Origin: Spirochaetia bacterium
GTDB lineage: Bacteria > Spirochaetota > Spirochaetia > DSM-2461
DNA length: 64,000 bases
Assembly: GCA_963666985.2 (NCBI GenBank)
Contig: CAXXIA010000002.1
Span: forward strand, 928,001 to 992,000
Direction of reading: 5' to 3'
Positions within the stretch are counted from its first letter, which is position 1, and every line of letters starts with the position of its first letter. Below the pieces are notes generated by a model, which was given only the letters and a program-made list of their open reading frames with translations, made no database searches and was not told the origin of the DNA. The translations under genes were made by a program, and so were the position numbers. This document shows positions 48,683 to 58,400 of this stretch, in pieces.

Positions 48683-49480
48683 TTATCCGCGCCGTTTAAG
48701 ATCCTTGAGTCTAAAATCATTGATTATATCTCCGATGTAAACAATAGCCTTTTCAACATCTTCATTGAGGGGCGACTGCTGCGCGGCCTTCTCACAGACA
48801 TCTAGAAGTTCGTGCAGGAAGAAGGCGGCAATCTTAACCGATTCCTGGGCTTCCCGAATCTTTTCCTTCTTGGTAGCCGATGGAGCCGCAAGAGCCCGCC
48901 TGTAGCGCTCCAGCTCATCGGGGAGCCTTCCTTCACGCGAGGGAACGAATCTCCAGAAACGCTGCTCAATACTCATGCGGTCTATCTGTCCCGCTTGCGG
49001 AAAAGCCCGTCTGAGATATGTTTCCAACGCATTCCAATGATTGCTGTCCAGAAGAGTCATGGCTCCGTAAAGCTTGGCCACTTCAATGTCGGCATCCGGA
49101 TGGATATTGACCGCCGGATACCGATCTATCCGCTGGCGATATTCGTCCAGAACCTTATCGGCGAAACTCTCGCCGGCCAGACGTCTTCGCCTGGCCTCAT
49201 TACGAAGCGACTGGGCATATTGTTTTGCCTGTGTTTGAGCTTCCAGCTCCTGATAAGCGGCCATCTCTTCTTCCAAAAACCGCTTTGGATCCCGGCCGGT
49301 GTTCCGGGCATGAAACAACCTGTCGTCAAACGCCTCAATCAACGCAGGATTTAAAGCGTTATCGAAAATAAGGCACTCGTACTTCGCCTTCAAGTCGTCG
49401 ATAATCTCTGTTACTTCAGGCTTACTGAAACTTCGTCCTTTGCCAAGCACAACACTATTATGGGCGTCAAAGGATGCCAT
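48683..49480 (-). CDS. Hypothetical helical protein
   Basis: Long ORF with protein-like composition, ends IINDFRLKDLK; co-oriented between ssb and trxA. Start uncertain. Confidence 0.7.
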   Translation of the reverse strand: MASFDAHNSVVLGKGRSFSKPEVTEIIDDLKAKYECLIFDNALNPALIEAFDDRLFHARNTGRDPKRFLEEEMAAYQELEAQTQAKQYAQSLRNEARRRRLAGESFADKVLDEYRQRIDRYPAVNIHPDADIEVAKLYGAMTLLDSNHWNALETYLRRAFPQAGQIDRMSIEQRFWRFVPSREGRLPDELERYRRALAAPSATKKEKIREAQESVKIAAFFLHELLDVCEKAAQQSPLNEDVEKAIVYIGDIINDFRLKDLKRRG

Positions 49481-49774
49481 GGCAAGAACGGCGGACCTGA
49501 CAAAATGATTTCTTCGAATGCGTCCGAAGAAACATTCCGAGAATTCGATTGAGGTGATTTCAAAAATCAGCGATTTTTGAAACAAAGTCCTTCTAAAGCG
49601 AGTTCTGAGGGGTTTCGGCTATCGGATTTAAGGAATTTCATGAATAATGAAATTGCCTTGATCGATTATTCTTTTTTATGAATTTCAAGAGAACGAATTC
49701 AAAAACTCCCGGATCCCCAAAAGGGTATCCGAGAGATGGTAACGAGTCCGATGAGAAGTTCGGGAACCGCCGAT

Positions 49775-50173
49775 TCAATATGCCGGCATAGCCTCCGGCT
49801 TTTCAATTTCAGCCCCGGAGTCCGCTTTTTCTTCACCGTCGGCCTTGGGCTTAGTGCGGAACTCAACATGCTCACCGACAATACGGATGCGGGATCGCGG
49901 GGAACCTTCACTGTTGGTCCATCGGTCCTGCTTCAATCGTCCCACAACGCGCACTCCGCGGCCCTTGCTGAGATATTCCCCGCAGGTTTCGGCAAGCCTG
50001 GACCACACTTCAACATCGAAGTAGCCGACTTCTTCTTGGCGTTCCCCCTCAATCTTGTAGAACCGATTTGAGGCCACCGTAAAATGGCACACCGGAATCC
50101 CTTTAGTTGTTTTGTCGAATTCAGGATTTTTGGTGAGATTACCCTCTAAAATAACGGAATTGAGATTGTTCAT
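49775..50173 (-). CDS. ssb: Single-stranded DNA-binding protein
   Basis: LNSVILEGNLTKNPE, ASNR, VEVW, KGRGVRVVGRL, RW; AAGGAG RBS. Confidence 0.93.
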   Translation of the reverse strand: MNNLNSVILEGNLTKNPEFDKTTKGIPVCHFTVASNRFYKIEGERQEEVGYFDVEVWSRLAETCGEYLSKGRGVRVVGRLKQDRWTNSEGSPRSRIRIVGEHVEFRTKPKADGEEKADSGAEIEKPEAMPAY

Positions 50174-50311
50174 CGCGCTTTCTCCTTATGGGAACAGGTC
50201 GTTTACCCCAGATAACGAGAATCGGAAAGCACTTCCTTGAAGTTTTTTTAAAAAACTGAATTTTAACAATTAATTTTCCGGAATTTCCTGACAGTTACTC
50301 CATCTGTGGTA

Positions 50312-50329
50312 TAGTCCATTTGTAGACTA
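50312..50329. promoter_or_regulatory. Palindromic operator, putative PadR site
   Basis: TAGTCCA-TTTG-TAGACTA, 26 bp upstream of the operon containing the PadR gene. Confidence 0.5.
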
Positions 50330-50355
50330 ATAAACAAGAGGACAAAAAAATCGAC

Positions 50356-50772
50356 ATGAAAAAAATAATGTTCCTATTGATGACACTGCTTCCCCTTTGC
50401 CTCTACGCCGAAGGAAATCTCCGTGTTGTGGTTTCGGGAATTGATCCGGAAAAAGGCGAGATCCTGGCCATTTCCCTTTACGACAGCGAAAAAGGGTATA
50501 AATCCGAGGAAAGCATCATTCGGGAAAAGACCCGTCTTAATCCGGACCAGCGGACATATACCTTTACCCTGACGGACGTTCCCGAAGGATCTCTGATGAT
50601 TCTCGGTCTTCAGGATGCCAATGGTAATCTCGAAATGGATTCCGGTCTTTTCGGAATTCCAAAGGAAGGATTCTTCTGTTCACAGAACGCATCGGTTCCC
50701 AAATGGGATCGCTGTGTTTTTCCCTACGAAGGAGATGATGCCGTTGTCCGACTTGAAATGATTTACTGGTAA
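50356..50772 (+). CDS. DUF2141-like secreted protein
   Basis: Signal peptide; DANGNLEMDSGLFGIPKEGF..SQN..PKW. Confidence 0.8.
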   Translation: MKKIMFLLMTLLPLCLYAEGNLRVVVSGIDPEKGEILAISLYDSEKGYKSEESIIREKTRLNPDQRTYTFTLTDVPEGSLMILGLQDANGNLEMDSGLFGIPKEGFFCSQNASVPKWDRCVFPYEGDDAVVRLEMIYW

Positions 50773-50778
50773 TTCTTT

Positions 50779-51369
50779 ATGTCATTACGATATGGATTGT
50801 TAGGACTTCTGAATTATACGGAAACCACGGGATACGAACTGAAAAAAGCTTTCGACGAATCGCTCAATTTCTTCTGGCAGGCTCAAAAAAGCCAAATCTA
50901 CAGAGAGTTGGCCGCCATGGAAAAGCAGGGGCTTCTCACGGTCTCTTTGGTGATTCAGGAAGATAAACCGAACAAAAAGATTTACAGCATCACCGATGCA
51001 GGAAGAAAAGAATTCCTTCAATGGCTCGAAAAAGATTTGGACGAGCATGACTTTACCGTGAGAGACGGTTTTGTGATGAAAGTGTTTTTCTGGGGAGAGC
51101 TATCTCCCCTCCATGCCGTCGAAAAACTCAAAACCTTTATCGAAACCCATCGTCGAAAACTGGAAAGCTATCGGGCCATTTCCGGATCGATTGAACGCTA
51201 CACCGAATTGGTCGAACGCGAAAAAACCCTGTATTGGTATATCTCGGCCCGCCGCGGCTTTGCCTACAGCGAATCCTGCATTACGTGGGCCGAAGAAGCC
51301 GTCGCACTACTGGAAAACACATTTGCTCTTCAAAAAGGAGAAAAAGATGAAGAACGTCCTCGTTCTTAA
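50779..51369 (+). CDS. PadR/AphA family transcriptional regulator
   Basis: LLGLL...TGYELKK...FFW...SQIYREL...KKIYSITDAGR. Confidence 0.92.
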   Translation: MSLRYGLLGLLNYTETTGYELKKAFDESLNFFWQAQKSQIYRELAAMEKQGLLTVSLVIQEDKPNKKIYSITDAGRKEFLQWLEKDLDEHDFTVRDGFVMKVFFWGELSPLHAVEKLKTFIETHRRKLESYRAISGSIERYTELVEREKTLYWYISARRGFAYSESCITWAEEAVALLENTFALQKGEKDEERPRS

Positions 51370-52984
51370 CGGATCCCCCAGAGGGGAAAAAAGCAACACG
51401 ATGAACATTACAAGAGCCTTTTGCGAAGGCTTGAATGAGCAGAATCTCTATCGCATCGATACCGTTACAGTCAGCAGAATGGACATTCGGCACTGCACCG
51501 GCTGCTTCGGATGCTGGACCAAAACACCCGGACGCTGTGTTCTGAACGACGATATGACGTCATTGCTGGAGAAATACATCCTCGCCGATTTGGTCATCTG
51601 GTCGTTTCCTCTTTATTACTTCGGGATGCCGTCCAAAATCAAAGCCGTTATGGATCGTCTTCTTCCACTCCTTAAACCGGAGATTCTTCCTTACGGGAAG
51701 GAGTCGGCGACGCATCCGATGCGCTACGATCTTTCTCACCAGAAGACGGGACTCATTTCCACATGCGGTTTTTTCTCACGAAAACAAAATTACGACAGTC
51801 TAAAACTCCAGTTCGATATTTTTGAGGAGAGAAAGTATGAAGAGAAAGCCCCCCTGCGTATCTTATGTCCCGAAGGTGAACTCTTTTCCATTCCTCAAAT
51901 GGCCGGCCGAACAGGCGCCTATCTGGAACATGTAAAAACGGCGGGCCGGGAATATGCCGAAAACGAAGAGATTTCCGAAGAAACATACGAGGTCCTGGAA
52001 GAACTCCTGGTTCCGCCGAATGCTTTCATCGAAATGGCCAACGTCAATTGGGATATCCATGAAGAAACCTCCGAATCCCCGAAAAACAACGACCGCGCCG
52101 AACGGTTCCTGCGGCAGATGGCCGCGGCATACAGGCCCGAAGTCTATGAAAAAGATCTGATAATCGAGATGGTTTTCACCGATTTGGATAAACGATATCA
52201 GCTTCTGATTCAGAAAGACGGCTGCAAGCTGATGGAAGCCGCCGAAGGCGCCGCTTTCGATACACGAATCGAAACTCCTTTTGCCGTTTGGCTGGACATC
52301 TCCGAAGGAAAGAGAAACGGAGCACAGGCCATGATGGACGGCCTCTATCGCGTTACCGGAGACTTTGATGTCATGACTCGGATGGATGCGTTCTTCGGCA
52401 CCGAGAAGGTTCCCGTTAAAACCTCCGACGGTAAAAAGAAGCGGCGAACGAACATGAATCTGCTTCTTTTTCCATGGATCGCGTTATGGATTTTTCTTCC
52501 CATAACGCCTCTTGCCCGGTGGGGAGGCGCCGCGGCCGTCGCCTTATCCGCGCTTGTTACGGCTCTCGGAGCCTTTTTCGCCTTGACTCCATACGACCGT
52601 GCCACGGTGCTGCTGACCACGGGACTCGGACTTGCGGCTCTTTTCGGAGGAAACCCGGCATATCTGGTCTGTCTCTCTTATTTGGGATTCGGTCTTCTCT
52701 GGATGGGATCCAACTTAACGAAGATTCCTCTAACGGCTCATTACTCTTCGGCGAAATACGGAGAAGAAGCCGCATTGAATAACCCGCTCTTTATGAAAAC
52801 CAACAAAATCATCACGGCCTGCTGGGGTGTCTCCTATGCCGCGCTTTCAATAATCAGCTGGTTTCTCATGCACGGTCCGCTGAGATTCTATACCGGAATA
52901 ATCAGCCAAATCGTCCCCATACTGCTGGGAGTGTTTACATGGTGGTTCCAGAGATGGTACCCGGCGAAAGTCGCGAGAGGCTGA
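51347..52984 (+). CDS. Iron-sulfur flavoprotein (flavodoxin-like) + SCP2 + multi-TM fusion protein
   Basis: LNGSPR..SNT, CTGCFGCWTKTPGRC, FPLY, DR; SCP2-like IETPFAVWLDISEG...GAQAMMDG.YRVTGD; about 6 C-terminal TM helices. Start moved to ATG 51347. Confidence 0.85.
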   Translation: MKNVLVLNGSPRGEKSNTMNITRAFCEGLNEQNLYRIDTVTVSRMDIRHCTGCFGCWTKTPGRCVLNDDMTSLLEKYILADLVIWSFPLYYFGMPSKIKAVMDRLLPLLKPEILPYGKESATHPMRYDLSHQKTGLISTCGFFSRKQNYDSLKLQFDIFEERKYEEKAPLRILCPEGELFSIPQMAGRTGAYLEHVKTAGREYAENEEISEETYEVLEELLVPPNAFIEMANVNWDIHEETSESPKNNDRAERFLRQMAAAYRPEVYEKDLIIEMVFTDLDKRYQLLIQKDGCKLMEAAEGAAFDTRIETPFAVWLDISEGKRNGAQAMMDGLYRVTGDFDVMTRMDAFFGTEKVPVKTSDGKKKRRTNMNLLLFPWIALWIFLPITPLARWGGAAAVALSALVTALGAFFALTPYDRATVLLTTGLGLAALFGGNPAYLVCLSYLGFGLLWMGSNLTKIPLTAHYSSAKYGEEAALNNPLFMKTNKIITACWGVSYAALSIISWFLMHGPLRFYTGIISQIVPILLGVFTWWFQRWYPAKVARG

Positions 52985-53081
52985 TGCAAACGAAAGGGCT
53001 GTGTGTCTTTTTCGACATTCGGCCCTTTATTGCGGCGGCCTTTGCTCTCGGCTTCGGCCGCCGGTGCCGACGGAGGGGATC

Positions 53082-54149
53082 TTAAGGATTCGCCAGATCC
53101 TCTTCCGCGGCGGATTTCACAAGTTGGCTCAGACCCTTCCTGCAGACCAGAACACGGTCGTTGGCAACAACGACAATCAGATCATCCACACCGCACAAAG
53201 CCACGGGACGGTCCGAATAGACAAAGTTCCCGGCGGATTCATAACTGTAAACCGGTGCCTTCGCGGGCGTTCCGAGTTCAGCGATAACATCCCAGCTGCC
53301 GACATCGTTCCAGGTAAAATCGGCTTCCACCATGCGAATTGTATCCGTTCGTTCCATAACGGCGTAATCAATGGAAATCGCGGGACACTTTTCGTAGCGG
53401 CGGCAAAGCTCCGCCGAAGGTGAATAGACAGTAATTCCGGATTCCGTCCGCCGAATAAACCACTCCTCACCGCCTTCCGAGAAGGCATCGGCAACCTCCG
53501 GAGCATGGACGGCGAGTTCCCGGAACAAGACGTTTGATCTGTAGGTAAAAAGACCGGCATTCCAAAAATATCGGCCCGACTCCACATACCGTGCGGCGGT
53601 TTCGGCATCCGGCTTTTCCCGGAACGAGAGAACCTCCCGCCCGCCGCCCGCGGGATCTCCGGCTTCGATATATCCGTAACCCGTCGCCGGTTCTTTCGGC
53701 ACAATGCCGTAAGGAACAATGTAGCCTTCCGAGGCTTCCCGCGATGCCTTCTCCACGCAAGCGCCAAACGTTTCGAGAGGAGAGATGAGATGATCGGCCG
53801 CCATGACAAGACACACCTCGCCGTCCAGACCGTCCAGGGCCGTTCTCACGGCCGCCAGAGCCAAAGCCGGAGCGGTATTCCTGGCAACGGGTTCGGCAAG
53901 GATAACGATACGGGCACGAAGAGTGTCGTCCAATGAACGACATTCTTCCAACGCCGCATCAACATGATCGACGTGTGTCACGATATAAACCTTACCGAGA
54001 ATCCCCAAATGGAACGCCCGGTCAATGGTTGTTCGCAGAAGGCTTTCATGGCCTTCAACGTTCATAAACTGCTTGGGACGACGGCCGAAGGACGCCGGCC
54101 AGAGTCGTTTCCCGGCGCCGCCGGCCATAATAATAGCATTATCTACCAT
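53082..54149 (-). CDS. manC: Mannose-1-phosphate guanylyltransferase
   Basis: IMAGGAGKRLWP.S...PKQF, EPVARNTAPA, TGYGYI, FREKP, WNAG, ISIDYAVME, WNDVGSW. Confidence 0.93.
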   Translation of the reverse strand: MVDNAIIMAGGAGKRLWPASFGRRPKQFMNVEGHESLLRTTIDRAFHLGILGKVYIVTHVDHVDAALEECRSLDDTLRARIVILAEPVARNTAPALALAAVRTALDGLDGEVCLVMAADHLISPLETFGACVEKASREASEGYIVPYGIVPKEPATGYGYIEAGDPAGGGREVLSFREKPDAETAARYVESGRYFWNAGLFTYRSNVLFRELAVHAPEVADAFSEGGEEWFIRRTESGITVYSPSAELCRRYEKCPAISIDYAVMERTDTIRMVEADFTWNDVGSWDVIAELGTPAKAPVYSYESAGNFVYSDRPVALCGVDDLIVVVANDRVLVCRKGLSQLVKSAAEEDLANP

Positions 54150-54265
54150 GGAAATACCGCTCCTCTCGGGTCTCGACGATTTAGGAACATCGCCCTATGA
54201 TGAAGTCTACGCCGATTCACCCTTCGGGGGAAACCGGGACACTTTAAGTCAACGAGGTTTTCATT

Positions 54266-55348
54266 ATGGCCTTTTCACTCTCAATTTACCCCTGGATTCA
54301 TATAGCAAGCCGCGATGAGGGGGGCTGGAAAGAAGAATACATCGAGCAGGATCACCGGACTCCCGAACAAGAAGCCGCCCTGGATGAAGCGGCACGGTCC
54401 GCCCTAACCAATAGCCGCAACAGCATACCCGGCCTTCCTCTGGTTAATTACACGACACAATACGGACTGGCCTGTTTCGAAGGACTGAAAGCATTCCCTC
54501 AGGTCGACGGGTCGCTGAAGCTGTTCCGCCCCGAGAAGAACTGCGCTCGAATGGCTTCTTCGATGAAAGGCCTTCGCATGCCTCCCGTTGATAAGGATCT
54601 CCTCCTTGCCGGTATTCTTGAGATTACCCGGAAAAACGCCGAGGCGGGTTTCATTCCGAAATACAATCCGATTTGGGAAAAAGACATCTGGCAGAGCGGG
54701 GGGGCCGTTTATATCAGACCTTTCACCTATTCCGAACCGGGAATCGGCATTAATCTTTCGGTTTTTCCGAAAGTCATCACCGTCTGTACAACGGTCTCCG
54801 CGTACTTTACTCCCGGAAAGAATGAAGCGGTTACCTCGAAACGAATCCGCGCCACTCCCAACGGTACGGGATGGATAAAAACCGCGGCGAATTATGTCAT
54901 TTCAACTTTGGCGAAAACGGAAGCCGTCGACGAAGGATACATGGAAGCCATCTTCCTCGACGCGGTTACCCGAAAGAACATTGAGGAAGGTTCCTCCTGC
55001 AATTTCTTCGCGCTCTTCCCGAACGGCAGGCTGGTAACGCCGGCTCTGGGCGATACCATCCTTCCCGGAATTACCCGGGAATCCATTATCGTTCTGGCGA
55101 AAGAGAAGGGGCTGGATGTTCGGGAAGAGGCGCTTCCCGTTGAGGAGGTGCTGAATAATGCCGTCGAATGCTTCGTCACCGGAACCGCGGCGGGTATTAC
55201 GCCCTTGGGATCGCTGACTCATGACGGACGGAAAAAAGAATTCTCCAGCCTGAAGCCGGATTCCGTTTCGCATGCACTGCTTAAGCGGCTGAAAGGGATT
55301 CAGTACGGCGCCGATAGCGACGATTACGGCTGGATGATGTCCGTCTGA
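54266..55348 (+). CDS. ilvE: Branched-chain amino acid aminotransferase
   Basis: YGLACFEGLKA, LFRP, YIRP, KTAANY (PLP Lys), EEGSSCN, ILPGITR, TGTAA. Confidence 0.92.
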   Translation: MAFSLSIYPWIHIASRDEGGWKEEYIEQDHRTPEQEAALDEAARSALTNSRNSIPGLPLVNYTTQYGLACFEGLKAFPQVDGSLKLFRPEKNCARMASSMKGLRMPPVDKDLLLAGILEITRKNAEAGFIPKYNPIWEKDIWQSGGAVYIRPFTYSEPGIGINLSVFPKVITVCTTVSAYFTPGKNEAVTSKRIRATPNGTGWIKTAANYVISTLAKTEAVDEGYMEAIFLDAVTRKNIEEGSSCNFFALFPNGRLVTPALGDTILPGITRESIIVLAKEKGLDVREEALPVEEVLNNAVECFVTGTAAGITPLGSLTHDGRKKEFSSLKPDSVSHALLKRLKGIQYGADSDDYGWMMSV

Positions 55349-55470
55349 TCGGCATGAACCGGCATCGGCAGGATGCATCAATCAGAAGATAAGCCCTCAG
55401 CGCTTCCGATCGATCGGCAGCCGGCGAATCGGCAAAAACATTGGTTCCCGGCTCCCGGCTCCTTCCTCCG

Positions 55471-58400
55471 TCAGCGTCTCAGCAAATCCGAAGGAATGTC
55501 CGTGTAAGAAAGGAACTCATCTTCACCGGCTTCCGCGGTTTCCAGTCCCAGAAGTCTTAAGCGGTTCCTATAGGGATAGGTGCTTTTCTCTTCGAGAAGA
55601 TTCCGTTCATCCGTTTCCGAAGAAGACATGATGCGCCGTTCATCCAAGTCGCGAAGCGGTGTTAAGCCGCGGGCCGCCAAAGAAGGCATGTCCGTGTAAA
55701 CCTCATCCGAATATTCGGATGACATCGTAAAGGCGCTTAAAGCCGCGGCGTAATCGTCTTCTCCGCCGCCCCTGGCAGCCGAACGGGCTCTGCCGACACC
55801 GAGATTGTTCCACGCGACAACATAGCGAATCAACAGTTCCCCGTGTACTTGCTTTTCGGCCGGATTCAAAAATCCGCCGGTTCTTCGCACTTCTTCGTCC
55901 AGAAGTTCAATGACTCGGGCGTATTGGCTGCGCGAGGCCTCGTAATCACCGCTCCGAAGCAGGGCGGCCGCCAAGGCCAGCCGCGCCTCATAGTCTCCGG
56001 GACGATTTCTCACGACCCGATGAAAATCCACGAGCGCGCCTTCCCGACCCAGCGCATACTTGGCGTATGCTCTGCGATACAAGGTTCCCGCGGGAAGATT
56101 CGTCCCGCCGGTTTTTCCGCCGAAGACTGTTTCGGCTTCATCGTAATACCGAACGGCCTGTGCCAGCTCCTCGTATCGTTCGCTCCCCGGAGAAAGAAGT
56201 TCCGACCTTGGTGAAAGCGAGTACGTTAAATCACCGGCTCCCGTAATCCCTTCGTAAAGAATATCGCCCAATTCAAGATAGAGCTTGCCGTATACGGGAG
56301 AAGCTCCCAATTGGTTCCTGGAGAGAGCGTCTTCATAAAGCCTTAAGGCCTTGGAATAGCTGCTTGTGGCAATATTCCGATATTCCGCCGCTTTGGGAGG
56401 ATTATCATTTTCCCGCAGCGCGCGGGCCGAATAAATACGTCCCATGGATCCCAGAGTGAGAATCCGCATTTCCAAATCATCACGGCTGAGAGATTCGCGC
56501 CCATCCAAACGAATCAATGTTCGTTTATCGGCTTCGAGTTCTTTCCCTTCATCCCCGAGAGCTTTCCAGTACCGGGCATCGATGTAATGAGGCTCGGGCG
56601 ACTGCGGATTCGCCGCAAGAGCCAAGTTGATAAATCGCCTTGATTCTTCGGTATTCCCGCGGAGAAGATGATAATCTCCAAGATCGGCGAAAACCTCGGC
56701 GGCCAATTCAGGCTCGTCGGTTTGACCGGGTACTTCCGATTTAAAAATAGGCAGAAGTGTTTCAATTTCTTCTTCATTGTTCAGTCGAAGGTTGTAGCGC
56801 ATCATACTCAAGATTGCACGTTCATCATTCCTGGATGTTTCCAGGACTTTGGCATACCGGAACCGAGCTTCCTCATACTTCGAGGGATCATCCTCGGCCC
56901 AGTCCAGATAAACATCGCCGGCGGCAAGTGTGTAATCGCGGTCGGGATTTCGCCCTCCTGTCCGAGGCGCGCCTTCCAGAACATCCAAGGCATCGGGATA
57001 TCGGCCCAGAATACCCGAGAGGAATTCGGCGTATTCAAGCCGCGCATCCTTTTCACCCGGCCTGACCGCGAGATACCCATCATAAAAATCGCATGCCGAA
57101 TTCCAATGTTTTCGCCGCCGAAAAGCCCGGGCGTAATCAAGCCAGCGCCCATCGTTTTTCCAGCCTTTCACAACAACGGGGGCATCCGCGATTCTATCGC
57201 CTTCTTCATCGGCGGCGGCAAACAAAGGCCATCCGTCCCAGGCATCATGGAAGAGCGAAACGGCCGAATCCACATTATCGACGCTGACGGCTTCAAGTCC
57301 CTTCTCGTAAAGGCTCTCGGCCTTAAGAGGACGATAAACCCACATGAATAGGGCCGCTGTGACTCCCCAAGCGGCGGCGATAATCGCCAGGATGGTCCGA
57401 ACAACAGGCCATCCTTCTTTCACCAGCTGATAGACCAAGGCGGCCCGGCGTTCTTCCAAGGCCCTGCCGGAACGCTTCTGGTAAGAGCGCGGAAGCTTGA
57501 TGCTTCTCTTGGTAATCGATTTGAATTGATCCGCCAGCGCTTTCGGGGAGTCACCGTCGATAAGTGCGTCGATAAGCGGCTGGAGATCCTGGGGATTTCT
57601 CCGTTCGTCCGCCAGGAGTTCTTCCAAAGCCATCTGAAGATTTCGCGGGAGAGACGCCAGAGTTTCCAGCATTTCTTCGAAATCTTCCTCGGAAATTGAG
57701 AAAGGCTTCGCTTCGTCTTCAGCCGCTTCGTCTAAGGACTGCTCGAGTTTTTCAAGGTCGACGCCGAGATTATCGGCGTACCCGTCTTCACCTTCTTTAA
57801 AATTGTACTGTTCCCCAAAATCTTCCATGGAGAACTGCTGATTGTCGTCGTCGATATCGGTGATGTCGGCCAAGGCATCGGCGCCGAGTTCTTCGTCAAA
57901 ATTGAGTTCATCGTCGAAGGACAATTCGTCCTGCGATCCCTCGTCCAGGGAATCCAGATCTCCGAGATCGTCAAGCGCACTCTCGACATCGGGAATTTCC
58001 TCGGAGATTTCTTCCGCGTCTTCCAGGTCATCCAACTCCCCAAGTTCTTCGGAATCGAATGAGTCTTCATCCGGGGACAATCCATTCTCGTCGAGATTTT
58101 CCGGAGTCTCAAAATCGTCATCTCCGATTTCATCGGGGACTTCCAATTCTCCGGATTCTTCAAGTTCCTCAATCTCAAAGGCTTCTTCGGATTCGTCTTC
58201 TCCCGATTCGAAGCTTTCGGTCTCCGAATCATCATCCGATTCGCCGAAATCCAAATCGTCCAAGGAAAAGTCATCGAGATCGCCGGTGCCTAAGTCTCCG
58301 AGGCCTTCATCGTCCTCGGGCAATTCCAAGCTCTCCATGGAGGAGTCTTCTTCCGGTTCCGCGGAATCTTCAAATGCGGTTTCCGCTTCGCCGAAATCCA

